From positions 23 through 64,022 of the forward strand of contig JAKSLV010000004.1 in the NCBI GenBank assembly GCA_024401025.1: a stretch of 64,000 bases of DNA, read 5' to 3'. The notes beneath the pieces are model-generated. The model was not told where the DNA came from and ran no database searches. It saw only the letters and a list, made by a program, of their open reading frames with translations. Of the stretch, positions 1 to 10,881 are shown piece by piece. Every line of letters begins with the position of its first letter. The first letter of the stretch is position 1. A program made the position numbers and the translations under genes. The DNA is from Bacteroidales bacterium. Its GTDB lineage: Bacteria; Bacteroidota; Bacteroidia; Bacteroidales; UBA3824.

Positions 1-1924
1 GAATCTCATGAGTATGCTCGTCTATGAGCTTCAGGATTTTGTCGCGGTCCAGATCCGAGGCATCAAGCTTGAAGAAATCAATGCAGATATTAAGACTCTT
101 TAGCTTGTCGGTGAGGTTCTTGAAGAAAATATCCAACTGCTCGGCCGATTGCGAGTTCATCACGGTGATGTCCACAAGCTGCTCTATGGCCTGCTTTATC
201 TGCAAAGTTTTCTGAAGCTGGTCGGTGCACGATTCCGAAATCTCAGCCACCTTCTGGGCATTCTCCTGAATCCTGGGCGAAATATGCTCGATGAGCCTTG
301 CGCTGCGCTCCGTAATCTTGAGAGTCTCAGCCGACGAGTTGTTGATCTCCTGGCTGGCCTTCTGGCAACGCTCAGAGAGCTTGCGGATTTCCTCGGCCAC
401 CACGGCAAAGGTCTTGCCATGCTCGCCCGCGCGCGACGCCGCCACGGCAGCATTTACGGCAAGGATATCAGTCTTGTGGGTAATCTCGTTGATTATCTTG
501 GCCTTTTCGATAACATTCTGCATGCACGACAGCGCATTAACGCTGGCATCAGTAACAGTTTGAATATCATCAGAAATCTGCAACGAGTTGTCGCGGGTAA
601 CCAGCGCCTTGTCGGTATTGTCCTTGATGATGTCGGAGATATTCTCCACGCTCACCGAAATCTGCTCCACAGTGGCCGACTGGGTCTGCGCGCCATCCGA
701 AACCTTTGATATCGACGATGTAAGGCATACCGAATCCTCCGAAATGCCACGGGTGTAGTTTCTGATATTGCCCACGGCATCATAAACCTTGCCCTGCATC
801 TTCTTAAGGTTCTGCTTCAGCAAATCCATCTCGGTGTGGGTTTCCAGCCCGTCTATGGCTGTGGAATACAGATTGCCGTCGGCAAAATCGTCGGTAAACT
901 GGTTCACGGATTCCAGAGGCTCCGAAACCAGCCTCCTCGTAAGCCTGCGCGCCACCACAAACAAGGCTACGATAACGGCTATAGTAAGGAGCACCATCAT
1001 CAGCAGGATAAAATAATAATCCTTGTAGAACTGATACTTGGGTATCGCGATGGCCAGGGCAAGCTGCGACAATCCCGGAATCATGGCGTAATACACCATG
1101 ATGGGAGTCTTGGTCTCGTTGCTGAAAACCGACTCGCCCGTAAACTCCACATTGAAATGCGACTCCTCGAAACGCTTGAAACTATTGGTGAAAACGGTGT
1201 CGATGCCCGTGAAACCCATCTCCACAAACTTGTTGATGTGCATGGAAACTGGCTCCTTGGAGGGGCTGTACCACCTCACCATGCCGGTGCCCTCCACCAG
1301 CAGGCTGGATCCAGCCCCGTTAAGGTTCAGGGAAGAAAGGTTCCGGTCGAAATCTGCCGTGCCGAAATACACTGTAACAATACCAAGAAGCTGCCAGTAT
1401 TGATTGGCGCACACCAGCGACAGGCTGTAGCACTCCTCTCCCACCGCGTCCTCGTACTGGCAGTTGCCGAAACACATCCAGTTGTGGTTTTCCACAATCT
1501 CCTCGTAATAATGGCGGTGGATGGCGCTCTCGGCGTCCTTGCCATTAATGGAATTGTACGACACGCCGTTTGGCAACGTAAGGCGCACCATCTTGCTGGG
1601 GTTGCCGTGGTCCCTCATCACGTCCGATATCTTGGCGAAAGATTGGTCAATATCGTTGAAATCCACAATGTTGCGCAGCACGCAAAGGTCATCCATGTAC
1701 CTGTAAATGAAGAGGCTGGTGTTGGAAGCCTCTATCCTCAGGGTCTGCCTGATGCTGTCGGTGGTGTTGGTGTATATCCTGTCGAAAACTATCCAGTATA
1801 TCACAACATCCAGCACCAGTATCAGCCCTATCACGGTAATCATGAGCGACCTCAGCATCTGCCTGCTTATGGTAGTCTGGCCCTTTACGGACCATAAATC
1901 TGATATCTTCTGTCTTATATCCAT
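1..1924 (-). CDS. methyl-accepting chemotaxis protein with periplasmic Cache-like sensor (3' end runs off the window start)
   Basis: Absent from the ORF track because no stop lies in the window. Manual reverse-strand reading gives ATG at 1922-1924 (MDIRQKISDLW...) with the frame open down to position 2. Layout is TM helix, about 250-aa periplasmic region, second TM, then the MCP signalling hairpin INEITHKTDILAVNAAVAASRAGEHGKTFAVVAEEIRKL (rc of ~390-510). The + ORFs 149..709 and 836..1897 are antisense shadows. Confidence 0.85.
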   Translation of the reverse strand, partial: MDIRQKISDLWSVKGQTTISRQMLRSLMITVIGLILVLDVVIYWIVFDRIYTNTTDSIRQTLRIEASNTSLFIYRYMDDLCVLRNIVDFNDIDQSFAKISDVMRDHGNPSKMVRLTLPNGVSYNSINGKDAESAIHRHYYEEIVENHNWMCFGNCQYEDAVGEECYSLSLVCANQYWQLLGIVTVYFGTADFDRNLSSLNLNGAGSSLLVEGTGMVRWYSPSKEPVSMHINKFVEMGFTGIDTVFTNSFKRFEESHFNVEFTGESVFSNETKTPIMVYYAMIPGLSQLALAIAIPKYQFYKDYYFILLMMVLLTIAVIVALFVVARRLTRRLVSEPLESVNQFTDDFADGNLYSTAIDGLETHTEMDLLKQNLKKMQGKVYDAVGNIRNYTRGISEDSVCLTSSISKVSDGAQTQSATVEQISVSVENISDIIKDNTDKALVTRDNSLQISDDIQTVTDASVNALSCMQNVIEKAKIINEITHKTDILAVNAAVAASRAGEHGKTFAVVAEEIRKLSERCQKASQEINNSSAETLKITERSARLIEHISPRIQENAQKVAEISESCTDQLQKTLQIKQAIEQLVDITVMNSQSAEQLDIFFKNLTDKLKSLNICIDFFKLDASDLDRDKILKLIDEHTHEI

Positions 1925-1995
1925 AACAAAAAACGTTATTTCGGCAACAACATAAAATTACAGCACAAATATAATAAAAAATTTCATGGAAACAA

Positions 1996-4830
1996 TCATT
2001 TTACCACCAGCTTGCCTTCCCTGATTCCGTCGCCCTTGGCAGTGATGGTGATGGCGCCGGGCTTGCCGGAAGTCCTTACCACCAGCAGGGCCTTGCCTCC
2101 AAACAGGCTGCGCTGATACTGCGCCGCGGGTATGCTTACGCCCACGCATCCGGGGTCGGTGTTTGGCTCGTCCCACTCGTATGCCTTGCGGAATTTCTTG
2201 CCCACAAAAATCACCTCGTTGCGGCCCTCATGCAGTATTTTTCTATCGATCTGATACTGCTGTGGAGCGTCGCGGCTGATATCGCCGGCCACCTTAACGC
2301 CGTTCACGTAGATGCTCTGATTGTGCAGTATGCTCTTGGAATACAGAGTAAAAGCGGCCTCAGGGGCAAAATCGCTGATATCGAAATCGCACCTCACCAC
2401 CAGCAGCGAGTCGTGGTAATAGTTCCACCTCTCGCTGCGGTCGGTGTGCAGGGCCTTTCTCCAAGAGTCTGATGCTGCTGCATCCATCTCGGCCTTCCAG
2501 TTGTCCAGATTGGATACCGTAAGTTCCTGACGTGCTGATATCGGCAGCGCATAGCCCTGGGCATATTCGCGGTCGTTTTCCAGACACGATGGGTCGCCAT
2601 TGCCCACGCCCAGAATCTGTGCCGGACCCTGCACCGAGAACTTTATCTTACCTGCGGCATCAGGCACGGGCAAACCCTTGGCATCCAGGGCCTGAACCTG
2701 CACCAGCAGCACGTCCTCCGATTTCCGGGATACGGTGGTCTTGTTGGCCTGAAGCTGCACCTGGGCGGCCTGCCCCGATGTCCTGAGCTCCTCGCTGGCC
2801 TGCACCACGCCGTTCTTGTAGGCCTTCACCATTATTGTGCCGGGCTGATACTCCACCTTCCAGGCGCAGTGTCCGTATTTGGGCACGGGCTGCTTGCCCA
2901 TGGACTTCTTGTTGAGTATCAGCTCCAGCTCGTCGCAGTTGCTGTAGGCCCACACATCCACCATCTGGCCCTCATGTCCGGCGTGGTTCCAGTGTGGAAA
3001 CAGGTGAACCATAGGCTTTTGGCTGCGGTTGGCCAGTATGTAGTAGGCGGCGTCCTTGGGGAATCCGCACTGATCCAGGATTCCGAAATAGCTGCCGTTG
3101 GCCGGATACGAGAATGGCGTGCTCTCGCCCCTGTAGTCGAAACCGGTCCAGTAGAAAAGTCCGCTCATCCAGTCGCGGTCCATGCAGAAAGCGTAGCCGC
3201 GCTCTATGGAAGTGCCGCCGGCCCTGTCGAACTGAGGGATGTGGCATCTGGCGCTGTCGGCCCAGTAGATGCCCCTGGCTCCGCAGCCCGATGTCTCCTC
3301 GGTAAGCCATCCGGGCTGGCTGGCGTGTTTGGCATGGTAAGTATCTATATCGCACTGAGCCAGATAGTTGAAACCCATCAGCTCTATGCTCTCCGAGCTG
3401 CCGTATCCGCATCCGCCGCTTACGGCCACGGTATACATGCGTGTGCTGTCGATGGTTTTGGCGTAGGCCTGCATGGTTTTGGTGATGCGCTCGCCCAGGA
3501 TGTTGCTCTCTATGCGCCATTCCTCGTTGCCCACGCTCCAGGCTATTATCGAGGGGTGGTTGCGGTCGCGCTCTATCATGCGGCGCAGCTGCGATTTGTG
3601 GTAGTCGTTGATGCCCTCTAGACGCGTCTCCTCCAAAACCACCATTCCCAGAGAATCGCAAACATCAAGGAGGTCAACGTTTACGGGATTGTGACTGGTG
3701 CGTATGCCGTTGAAACCCCACGACTTAAGCATCTTTACGCGCTCTATCTGCAAAGGCTTGTTGATGGCGCAACCCACTCCGGCAAAATCCTGATGGATGT
3801 TTACGCCCACAATTTTCAGGTGCTTGCCGTTGATGAAGAAGCCCTTGTCGGATGTAAACTCCAAGGTCCTGAAACCGAACCTCACCTGCTTGCAATCCAC
3901 CTGCTCGGCATCAGAAACCACCTTCACCTCCAATGTGTACATGGCTGGAGCATCAGGCTGCCAAAGCTTTATACCGCTCACCTTCAGCTCCTTACAATAC
4001 TTGTGGCTGTCCATTGCCCTTATCTCGCGGGCTGATGCTTCGGTGCTTGCCACAGGCTTGCCCATGGCATCCTTTACGGTGAGCGACAGCCTTACGTCAT
4101 GGGCCTTGTAGTCGGCGTTGTCCACATCCACCCTTACGGCCACGTCGGCATTGCTGCCGTTGATGTTGGTGGTTACGAAAATTCCGTCTTTGGCCACATG
4201 CACTGGATCGGTCTTTATCAGCCATACATTGCGGTAAATGCCCGCGCCCTCGTAAAACCAGCCCTCCTCCAGCGACGCGTCGGCCTTCACGGTGATAACG
4301 TTGTCGGCGCCGTAGTTCAGATAGTCGGTGATATCGTATTGGAAATCAAGGTATCCGCTCTGCTCGCATCCAAGGTAGAAACCGTTTACCCAAACCTCGG
4401 AATTGCGGAATATGCCCTCGAAGAGCAGCGATATCTTCTTGCCGAGGTCTTTCTGCGGAATGTTGATTGTTTTGCGGTACCATCCCACCGAATATTCCGG
4501 GAAAGCCCAGCCCACGCACTTGTATCCGTGGCTGTGGCTGGCATCAGGGGAGAAAGGCAGCTCCACGGCCCAGTCGTGTGGAATATCCACTGAGCGCCAT
4601 GGACGGTCGTCGAAAGCCGGATTGGCCGGGCCGTCGCCGTAGCCGGTCTTGGTAAGATAGTTGAAATACTGGGTGCCCGCCATGAAATTGGCCTGCACCT
4701 GCTGAGCATGTCCGAAGGCAAACTTCCATCCGGAATTTATCAAATGCTCCTCCCTGTTCTGCGACTGCGCAGGAAACACCGTACACGCCGCCAATACAGC
4801 GAGCGCCGTTTTTATGATAAACTTTCTCAT
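1996..4830 (-). CDS. glycoside hydrolase family 2 beta-galactosidase-like enzyme, secreted
   Basis: Signal peptide MRKFIIKTALAVLAACTVFPAQS. GH2 motifs DIPHDWAVE, NGFYLG, GVNIHQDFAGVG, IRTSHNP, WSVGNEE. The ORF track starts at a TTG (4842); the first ATG, at 4830, is preferred. Confidence 0.85.
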   Translation of the reverse strand: MRKFIIKTALAVLAACTVFPAQSQNREEHLINSGWKFAFGHAQQVQANFMAGTQYFNYLTKTGYGDGPANPAFDDRPWRSVDIPHDWAVELPFSPDASHSHGYKCVGWAFPEYSVGWYRKTINIPQKDLGKKISLLFEGIFRNSEVWVNGFYLGCEQSGYLDFQYDITDYLNYGADNVITVKADASLEEGWFYEGAGIYRNVWLIKTDPVHVAKDGIFVTTNINGSNADVAVRVDVDNADYKAHDVRLSLTVKDAMGKPVASTEASAREIRAMDSHKYCKELKVSGIKLWQPDAPAMYTLEVKVVSDAEQVDCKQVRFGFRTLEFTSDKGFFINGKHLKIVGVNIHQDFAGVGCAINKPLQIERVKMLKSWGFNGIRTSHNPVNVDLLDVCDSLGMVVLEETRLEGINDYHKSQLRRMIERDRNHPSIIAWSVGNEEWRIESNILGERITKTMQAYAKTIDSTRMYTVAVSGGCGYGSSESIELMGFNYLAQCDIDTYHAKHASQPGWLTEETSGCGARGIYWADSARCHIPQFDRAGGTSIERGYAFCMDRDWMSGLFYWTGFDYRGESTPFSYPANGSYFGILDQCGFPKDAAYYILANRSQKPMVHLFPHWNHAGHEGQMVDVWAYSNCDELELILNKKSMGKQPVPKYGHCAWKVEYQPGTIMVKAYKNGVVQASEELRTSGQAAQVQLQANKTTVSRKSEDVLLVQVQALDAKGLPVPDAAGKIKFSVQGPAQILGVGNGDPSCLENDREYAQGYALPISARQELTVSNLDNWKAEMDAAASDSWRKALHTDRSERWNYYHDSLLVVRCDFDISDFAPEAAFTLYSKSILHNQSIYVNGVKVAGDISRDAPQQYQIDRKILHEGRNEVIFVGKKFRKAYEWDEPNTDPGCVGVSIPAAQYQRSLFGGKALLVVRTSGKPGAITITAKGDGIREGKLVVK

Positions 4831-4961
4831 ATATGATAGCAATATAATTTAACGTCAGTTCAACGAATTAAAGGTTTCGCACAGATAACACAGACCAATT
4901 TCATCGAACTCACGATGGTTTAGTATGGATAATCTTTTCAGTGACCAAAGATAAAAAAAAT

Positions 4962-5017
4962 TTCGCAAAAAAAAGAGCCGCCTCGAGATTTTGTGACCCC
5001 AAGGCAGCTCCTTTTTT
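4962..5017 (-). terminator. putative rho-independent terminator downstream of the acyltransferase gene
   Basis: Imperfect 8-bp GC stem (gagccgcc / ggcagctc, one mismatch) with a 20-nt loop. It is flanked by an A-run on the + strand, which is a T-run on the - strand. Confidence 0.4.
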
Positions 5018-5077
5018 GATATAATCATCAAAATAATCAACCTGTGCGGAACTTTTAATCCGCCGAACTCACGTTAA

Positions 5078-6223
5078 TTATTGCTGAATGTCCATTGCGT
5101 TGTAAACGGGATTTGCGTATATCTTCATGAGCATCTGCCTCTGGATATCCACATCACCCTGGAAACGCTTGCACTGCTCGTCGAAATATCCCAGAGCGGC
5201 AGCCTTGTCGGCATCAGTGTACATATTGGCAAAGCGTGTCTGGCCCGACAAAATATCGGCAGCCACGTAGTTGATGGGATACAGTGTGTATCCGGCGTAT
5301 ATCTTCTTGTCGATGAGTTTGGCTATCTCGTCGTACTGGGCGTTTTTGTTTGGCGCCTTTGGCATGTTGGCCAGATCGTCGTTGATGGGCTTGCCCACGT
5401 TTATGGTTACACGGCCCTTCTTCCATGCCATTCCCTCGCGCATGCCGGCCACATCGTCGCTCTTGCTCTTCTTGAACGACGAATCCACCATCTTGTTATA
5501 AGCCTCAGCCACCTTGTAGGTATCCACGGGATCGTACTCGTATGAGAATGTTACGGGTATGATGTTGAGGGGGATAAGGTTCTGCACCACATCGCCGCTC
5601 TCGCACATATTAAACATCTTCAGCACGCTGCCCTGGGTTTTGTCGTCGCCGTTTTTGGTGCGGCCCTCGCGCTGGGCTATCCAGATCGAAGTGTTGCGGT
5701 TGATGATGGTGTTGCGGATGTATTTGCTCTGTATCATGGAGCTTACCATAAGCTCTTTTACCGACAGATTGCGTTTCACCACAAAAGTCCTGTTTAGCTT
5801 CACCAGATCTGTAATCCAAGGGAATATCAGAAGATTGCTGCCTATGGCAATCTCCGAAGTCTCCTTGCCCATGAGCGCAAGATGGGTATTAAGGAAAGCC
5901 GAATCAAGGATTATGTCTCGGTGGTTCGACATAAGAATATAGCCCTTGCCCTCCTCGATGTTCTCCAAACCGTTGATGGTGACTCCGCATGTAGTCTTTT
6001 TCTCCAATCCGGTAACGAGGGTTACGATAAACTTGTGCTGAAACTCCTTTACGGTCTTGATGCCGCGGAGAGTCTGCTCTGTTACCTCGTATGGAACATT
6101 AGGGAAAAAATATTTGATGGTTTTCCTAAAACCCGGCTCAGCAAGAAGTCTCTCGATGGCGGCAGGCACCTCATTGTCCCTGTATGGACGTATATCCTCA
6201 AATTCGGTATCGTTAATTTCCAT
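5078..6223 (-). CDS. PlsC-family glycerolipid acyltransferase
   Basis: HX4D acyltransferase motif NHRDIILD. Sits next to gpsA. The ORF track begins at a TTG (6256); the first ATG (MEINDTEFEDIRPY) is at 6223. Confidence 0.7.
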   Translation of the reverse strand: MEINDTEFEDIRPYRDNEVPAAIERLLAEPGFRKTIKYFFPNVPYEVTEQTLRGIKTVKEFQHKFIVTLVTGLEKKTTCGVTINGLENIEEGKGYILMSNHRDIILDSAFLNTHLALMGKETSEIAIGSNLLIFPWITDLVKLNRTFVVKRNLSVKELMVSSMIQSKYIRNTIINRNTSIWIAQREGRTKNGDDKTQGSVLKMFNMCESGDVVQNLIPLNIIPVTFSYEYDPVDTYKVAEAYNKMVDSSFKKSKSDDVAGMREGMAWKKGRVTINVGKPINDDLANMPKAPNKNAQYDEIAKLIDKKIYAGYTLYPINYVAADILSGQTRFANMYTDADKAAALGYFDEQCKRFQGDVDIQRQMLMKIYANPVYNAMDIQQ

Positions 6224-6310
6224 ATTACTGTCTAAAAATTTCACAAATTTAATCAACCTTTGCGAGAAAAGCGAATAAAAGATAAAATTTTTAATCGGCG
6301 AACGTAAAAA

Positions 6311-7321
6311 TTATCTAATCTTATCGATCAGGAGCTTTATCTCGAATCCCACGGGGGCTCCGTTATGCAGGATGTTGTATACTGCGTTGCATATCGGAAG
6401 GTCGATATTGTACTTCAGGTTTACGTCGTGGATGCACTTGCTGGCGTAGAAACCCTCGGCCACCATCTTCATCTCCAGCAGGGCGCTCTGCAGCGAGTAT
6501 CCCTGACCCAGCATCATGCCCAATGTCCTGTTTCTGGAGAACTTGGAGTAGGCGGTCACCAGCAGGTCGCCAAGATATGCCGAGCTCTTGATATCGCGCG
6601 TGATGGGATGCACGGTATCCACAAAACGCTTCATCTCCCTGATGGCGTTGCTCATCAGCACCGCCAGGAAGTTGTCGCCGTAGCCCAGGCCTGCGCATAC
6701 GCCGGCTGCAATGGCAAACACATTCTTGAGCACTGCGGCATACTCGGTGCCGTAGATATCGTCGGTGATGGAGGTTTTCAGATACTTGCACTCCAGGCAG
6801 TTGGCTATCACCTCGGCGGTGTTGAGGTCCTTGCAGGCTATGGTAAGGTACGAGAGCCTCTGCAGGGCCACCTCCTCGGCGTGGCACGGGCCGGCCAGAA
6901 CACAGAAATTCTTCTCCAGGTTTACGTTGAAGTTGTCGCGGAAATAATCAGCCATGATGGTGTTTCGCTCGGGTATCATGCCCTTGATGGCCGATACCAC
7001 CACGTGGTTTTCCAGCGATTCGCCCGTATACTGGCTCATTGTGCTCTCTATAAAAGCCGATGGCACGGCAAATATCAGAGTATCAGAATTCTTTATCACC
7101 TCGTTGAGGTCATTGTAAAATTCTATCTTGCTAGTCTCCAATATCAGGGAGTTAAGATATTTCGGGTTTTGTCCGTATTTCATGGCATAGTCGATATGCT
7201 CCTTTTTGCGGAGATACCAGTTTACCTTGTTGCCATCCTTTACATTATTGGTAAGCAGGCTGATAATGGCCGTAGCCCAGCTTCCGCCACCAATAACTGC
7301 AATTCTATTTTGTCCAAACAT
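6311..7321 (-). CDS. gpsA: NAD(P)H-dependent glycerol-3-phosphate dehydrogenase
   Basis: N-terminal Rossmann motif IAVIGGGSWATAI. GpsA-like over its 336-aa length (GPCHAEEV, GLGYGDN). Confidence 0.9.
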   Translation of the reverse strand: MFGQNRIAVIGGGSWATAIISLLTNNVKDGNKVNWYLRKKEHIDYAMKYGQNPKYLNSLILETSKIEFYNDLNEVIKNSDTLIFAVPSAFIESTMSQYTGESLENHVVVSAIKGMIPERNTIMADYFRDNFNVNLEKNFCVLAGPCHAEEVALQRLSYLTIACKDLNTAEVIANCLECKYLKTSITDDIYGTEYAAVLKNVFAIAAGVCAGLGYGDNFLAVLMSNAIREMKRFVDTVHPITRDIKSSAYLGDLLVTAYSKFSRNRTLGMMLGQGYSLQSALLEMKMVAEGFYASKCIHDVNLKYNIDLPICNAVYNILHNGAPVGFEIKLLIDKIR

Positions 7322-7416
7322 TGCTAATTATTTTTGCTATTTTTTATAGTTGTGCGCAAAGTTAATAAAAGTTTCAATGTATAACAAAATTTTTTCCAAG
7401 TTTGTGAAAAAGCATG

Positions 7417-8280
7417 TTACACAATCCTGGCCACAGCATCAGCCACATTCTGAAGCAGCCATTTGGGTGTGGAGGTGGCTCCAGTGATGCCCAGCCTATC
7501 CACATCCACCAGCATGGCGGGGTCGATGTCCAACACGCTGGATACGTAATATGTTCTAGGGTTGGCCTTGCTGCATGTGGAAAATAGGTACTTGCCGTTG
7601 CTGCTGTTGGCCCCGGCCACAAACATTATGGCGTCGTGGTTGCGGGCGTATGCGCTCAGGTTCTGCTCCCTTAGGGCCACCGACCTGCACACCGTATCAA
7701 ATTTTCGCAACACGGCATCAGGGCTGGTGTCCCTGAGGCGGCTGGCTATCTTCTCGGCCAGGTTGTTGTATTTGTGGGAGTTCATCGTGGTTTGCGAGTA
7801 CAGCAGTATGCTCCTGTGGAAGTCTATCATTTCTATCTCGTCTTCGGCGGATACCACCACGGCGTTGCCGCTCACCTGCCCCACCAGGCCCACCACCTCG
7901 GCGTGGTCTTTCTTTCCGAAAATCACGGTCTGGGCGTCGGGATATTGCTGTGCGTTGGTCTGTATAAGTTTGTGCAGCCTCAGCACTATGGGGCAGGTGG
8001 CGTCTATTATGTACACATTGTTGCTTGCGGCGGTCTGATACGTGGACGGAGGCTCCCCATGCGCCCTCAGGAGCACGGTGGTGTTGCTGAGGGAGCAAAA
8101 CTCCTGATACGATATCGTCTTCATGCCCAGCTTTGCCAGGCGGCTGGTTTCCTCGTGGTTGTGCACTATCTCGCCCAGGCAATAAAGGCTTCCGCTGTTC
8201 TGGATCTCGTTCTCGGCCTTGTTGATGGCGTTGGTGACTCCGAAACAGAATCCGGCGTTGGTATCTATATCTACTGTCAT
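7417..8280 (-). CDS. ispH: 4-hydroxy-3-methylbut-2-enyl diphosphate reductase
   Basis: 287 aa with IspH/LytB motifs AGFCFGV, GEIVHN, IIDATCP. Confidence 0.9.
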   Translation of the reverse strand: MTVDIDTNAGFCFGVTNAINKAENEIQNSGSLYCLGEIVHNHEETSRLAKLGMKTISYQEFCSLSNTTVLLRAHGEPPSTYQTAASNNVYIIDATCPIVLRLHKLIQTNAQQYPDAQTVIFGKKDHAEVVGLVGQVSGNAVVVSAEDEIEMIDFHRSILLYSQTTMNSHKYNNLAEKIASRLRDTSPDAVLRKFDTVCRSVALREQNLSAYARNHDAIMFVAGANSSNGKYLFSTCSKANPRTYYVSSVLDIDPAMLVDVDRLGITGATSTPKWLLQNVADAVARIV

Positions 8281-8299
8281 ATCACTTCAAACACTTCAC

Positions 8300-8989
8300 T
8301 CACTTAATAAGTTTCTCTATCCAGCTAACAGCCAGCTGGAACTGCTGCTCTATTGTAAGGTCGGAATTATCGAGGAGAACAGCGTCGTCGGCCTGGCGGA
8401 GTGGCGATTCGGCCCTGGTGCTGTCGATGCGGTCGCGCTCGGTAAGGTTCTGGAGCACCTCCTGGAATGTAACCTGGGTGTTGCCCTTGGCCTGCATCTC
8501 GTCGTATCGGCGCTGAGCCCTCACCTCGGGCCTTGCGGTCACGAATATCTTGAGGTCGGCATCAGGGAACACCACTGTGCCTATGTCGCGGCCGTCCATT
8601 ATCACGGAGCACGATTTCGACATCTTGCGCTGGAGGGTCACCATCTCCTTACGCACAAACTTAAGGGCGGCTATCTTGCTTACGTTGGCTGATACCTGCA
8701 TGCCACGGATCTCCTTCTCCACGTTCTCGCCGTTCAGGATGGTGGTCATGGCGCCTGATTCGTCTTTCCCGAAACTGATGTCGACATCAGCAATGCGGGC
8801 CTCCAGTGCGGCCTGGTTGGGGTTGCCGTCGGCATCCACCATATTGTTGCGCATGGCGAAAAGCGTTACGGCGCGGTACATTGCGCCGGTATCTATGTAC
8901 ACAAATCCAAAATGCCTTGCCAGAGCCTTGGCCATGGTGCTTTTTCCGCACGACGAGTGTCCGTCTACTGCTATCTTTATGTTTTTCAT
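8300..8989 (-). CDS. cmk: cytidylate kinase
   Basis: P-loop [13 protein letters not shown] and [10 protein letters not shown]. The ORF track extends to 9286, but that extension overlaps the next gene. The internal ATG (residue 100 of the track ORF) at 8989 gives a normal 229-aa Cmk. Confidence 0.9.
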   Translation of the reverse strand: MKNIKIAVDGHSSCGKSTMAKALARHFGFVYIDTGAMYRAVTLFAMRNNMVDADGNPNQAALEARIADVDISFGKDESGAMTTILNGENVEKEIRGMQVSANVSKIAALKFVRKEMVTLQRKMSKSCSVIMDGRDIGTVVFPDADLKIFVTARPEVRAQRRYDEMQAKGNTQVTFQEVLQNLTERDRIDSTRAESPLRQADDAVLLDNSDLTIEQQFQLAVSWIEKLIK

Positions 8990-9027
8990 CTGTATCTCGT
9001 TGTTTTTGTTGATAATGTGCTTATTTG

Positions 9028-10803
9028 TTAGAAGTTGGGCATATTGTTGCCGCCGGCCTGCTGCACTATTTTCTGAAGCTTGCCGTTGGCGTATATGGCC
9101 TCGTAGGTAACCTTGCCGTAGCGGTCGTACTTCATCATCTTGCCGTCCAGCAGTCCGTTTTTGCCAAACTGCTTCTGAGTCTGCACGTTGCCGTTGGGGT
9201 AATACTCGGTCCAGGTGCCGAATGGGCGTCCGTCCTTGTAGTTTTCCTTTCGGGTGATCTTGCTGTCGGCCTGGCGGTAGGTCCATTCGCCGGTTTTCTT
9301 GTCCATGATGTACTGTCCGTCCACCACGGCCACTCCGGTCTCGTTGAATTGTGTGAACTTGCCGTTGTACTTGCCGTCCTTGTAGGTGTTTATCATGGTT
9401 TTCATGCCGGTCTCGTCATAATAGATTACGGGGCCGTCCTTCAGGTTTTTCTTGTAGGAGATCTCGTATCGGAGCACTCCGTTGGTAAACCATTCTTTCC
9501 ATATCGAATCCATCATTCCGTTGTGGAAGCATCCCTCCATCTCGGGGCGTCCGCTCTCGTGGAACCTCTTCCAGAAGCCCTCCTCCTTGTTGTCCTTGAA
9601 GTTTCCTGTGTAGAACACCTTTCCGTTCTGGAAGTATACGGTGTAGAGTCCGTTGCGGTCGCCGTTTTTGTACTGGCCCTTTTTCCATACCTCTCCCGTA
9701 TCGTAATACCATGTCCAGAGGCCTGTCATGCGGCCGTCCAGATAGTCGCCCTGGTTTCCTATCTTGCCGTCGTTCTGGTAATATACCCAGTGTCCGGTCT
9801 GGATGTCGGCGTCAAAATCGCCCTCCATGGCCTTCACGTAGTGGTTTTTCTGTCCGCGTGTGGTGGTGTCGAGCTGATACCACACCGCATGGCCCTGCTT
9901 GCGTCCGTTGCTGTAGTTTATCTCCGACTCCTTTTTGCCGTCGTCGAAGTATCCGGTGTGGAGGCCTTCCATTTTTCCATCCTGATACTGCCCCTCTTTC
10001 TTAAGCACGCCCTTGTAGTTGTATATCTTCCACATTCCGTGGCGCTTGGAGTCTTTCATGAATCCGCTGGTGCTCAATACACCGTTCTCGAACCAGAAAA
10101 GGTATTCGCCGTTTTCCACATTCTCCGACGATCGCTTGTTGCCGTTCTCGTAGAAGGTGTTTATAGATCCTGTGGGCTCGCCCTTCAGGTAGTTCATCAC
10201 AGTGGAAACGTTTCCGTTGCGCCAGTAGGTGTTCCAGGTGGAATCCTTTAGGCCGTCCTTGTATCGGCCCAGCTCCTTGATGTCGCGGTCGTTGCCGAAA
10301 TATGCCTTGTATAGTCCGTTTCCCTTGTCCACCATCTTGACGCCGCTGTTGTCCCAGGCCTCCATGAGTTTCACAGTGCCGTTGCTGCAGTCCTGCACCG
10401 ATATCAGCCTTGATACAATGCTGTATTCTTTCCAGATGGAGTCTTTCTGTCCGTTCTTGTACTGGCCCTCCACCCTCAGTGTGCCGTCGTCGAAATATTC
10501 CTTGTAGGGTCCTGATGTCTGGTTGTTTATCACGGTGCCCTCGTTCATGAGCGCTCCGTTCTCGTAGTAGTAGGCCACGCGTCCGTTCACCACTCCCATG
10601 TAGAAGTCCACCTCCTTGTATTTTTTTCCGTTCTTGTAGTAATATACCCATCGGCCGTTCTCATGGCCATCCTTGAGGTTGCCTTCCGAGTACAACTGAG
10701 TCTCGTTTTTGTCGTAATACGACTTGGAAACCCCATCCTGAGCCATGGCGCAGGCCGAAGCCGAGATGGCGGCCACCAGTAATGCTGTACGTAATTTTCT
10801 CAT
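9028..10803 (-). CDS. secreted MORN-variant (YwqK-like) repeat protein
   Basis: Signal peptide [22 protein letters not shown] followed by more than 20 tandem ~23-aa repeats of the G-x-W-x-x-Y-Y-x-N-G-x type. Confidence 0.75.
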   Translation of the reverse strand: MRKLRTALLVAAISASACAMAQDGVSKSYYDKNETQLYSEGNLKDGHENGRWVYYYKNGKKYKEVDFYMGVVNGRVAYYYENGALMNEGTVINNQTSGPYKEYFDDGTLRVEGQYKNGQKDSIWKEYSIVSRLISVQDCSNGTVKLMEAWDNSGVKMVDKGNGLYKAYFGNDRDIKELGRYKDGLKDSTWNTYWRNGNVSTVMNYLKGEPTGSINTFYENGNKRSSENVENGEYLFWFENGVLSTSGFMKDSKRHGMWKIYNYKGVLKKEGQYQDGKMEGLHTGYFDDGKKESEINYSNGRKQGHAVWYQLDTTTRGQKNHYVKAMEGDFDADIQTGHWVYYQNDGKIGNQGDYLDGRMTGLWTWYYDTGEVWKKGQYKNGDRNGLYTVYFQNGKVFYTGNFKDNKEEGFWKRFHESGRPEMEGCFHNGMMDSIWKEWFTNGVLRYEISYKKNLKDGPVIYYDETGMKTMINTYKDGKYNGKFTQFNETGVAVVDGQYIMDKKTGEWTYRQADSKITRKENYKDGRPFGTWTEYYPNGNVQTQKQFGKNGLLDGKMMKYDRYGKVTYEAIYANGKLQKIVQQAGGNNMPNF

Positions 10804-10881
10804 AGTATCTACTTAGAAAAATTTTGTTGAGATTGATGCAAAGGTAAGTATTATTTTTATAAAAAGTGTCCCCATGCTGGA

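Noticed and set aside
836-1897. 353-aa + ORF (and 149..709 +).
   Set aside because: Both are antisense shadows of the edge-truncated MCP on the - strand.
8990-9286. N-terminal extension of the cmk ORF. Similar extensions occur at 27080-27400 (permease), 16024-16419, 22651-22776 and 36776-36904.
   Set aside because: The extensions overlap neighbouring genes or lack signal and motif content. Internal ATGs give canonical N-termini (P-loop, signal peptide or lipobox).
9025-10251. 408-aa + strand ORF, one of the longest in the track.
   Set aside because: It is antisense to the clearly real MORN-repeat gene. Its composition (V/L/H/G/A-rich, no motifs) is typical of shadow ORFs in GC3-biased genes.
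9028-10803. MORN/YwqK-like repeats as an antitoxin or immunity component of a toxin system.
   Set aside because: The protein has a signal peptide, is 591 aa of pure repeats, and has no adjacent toxin-like gene. This is a common Bacteroidota repeat protein.
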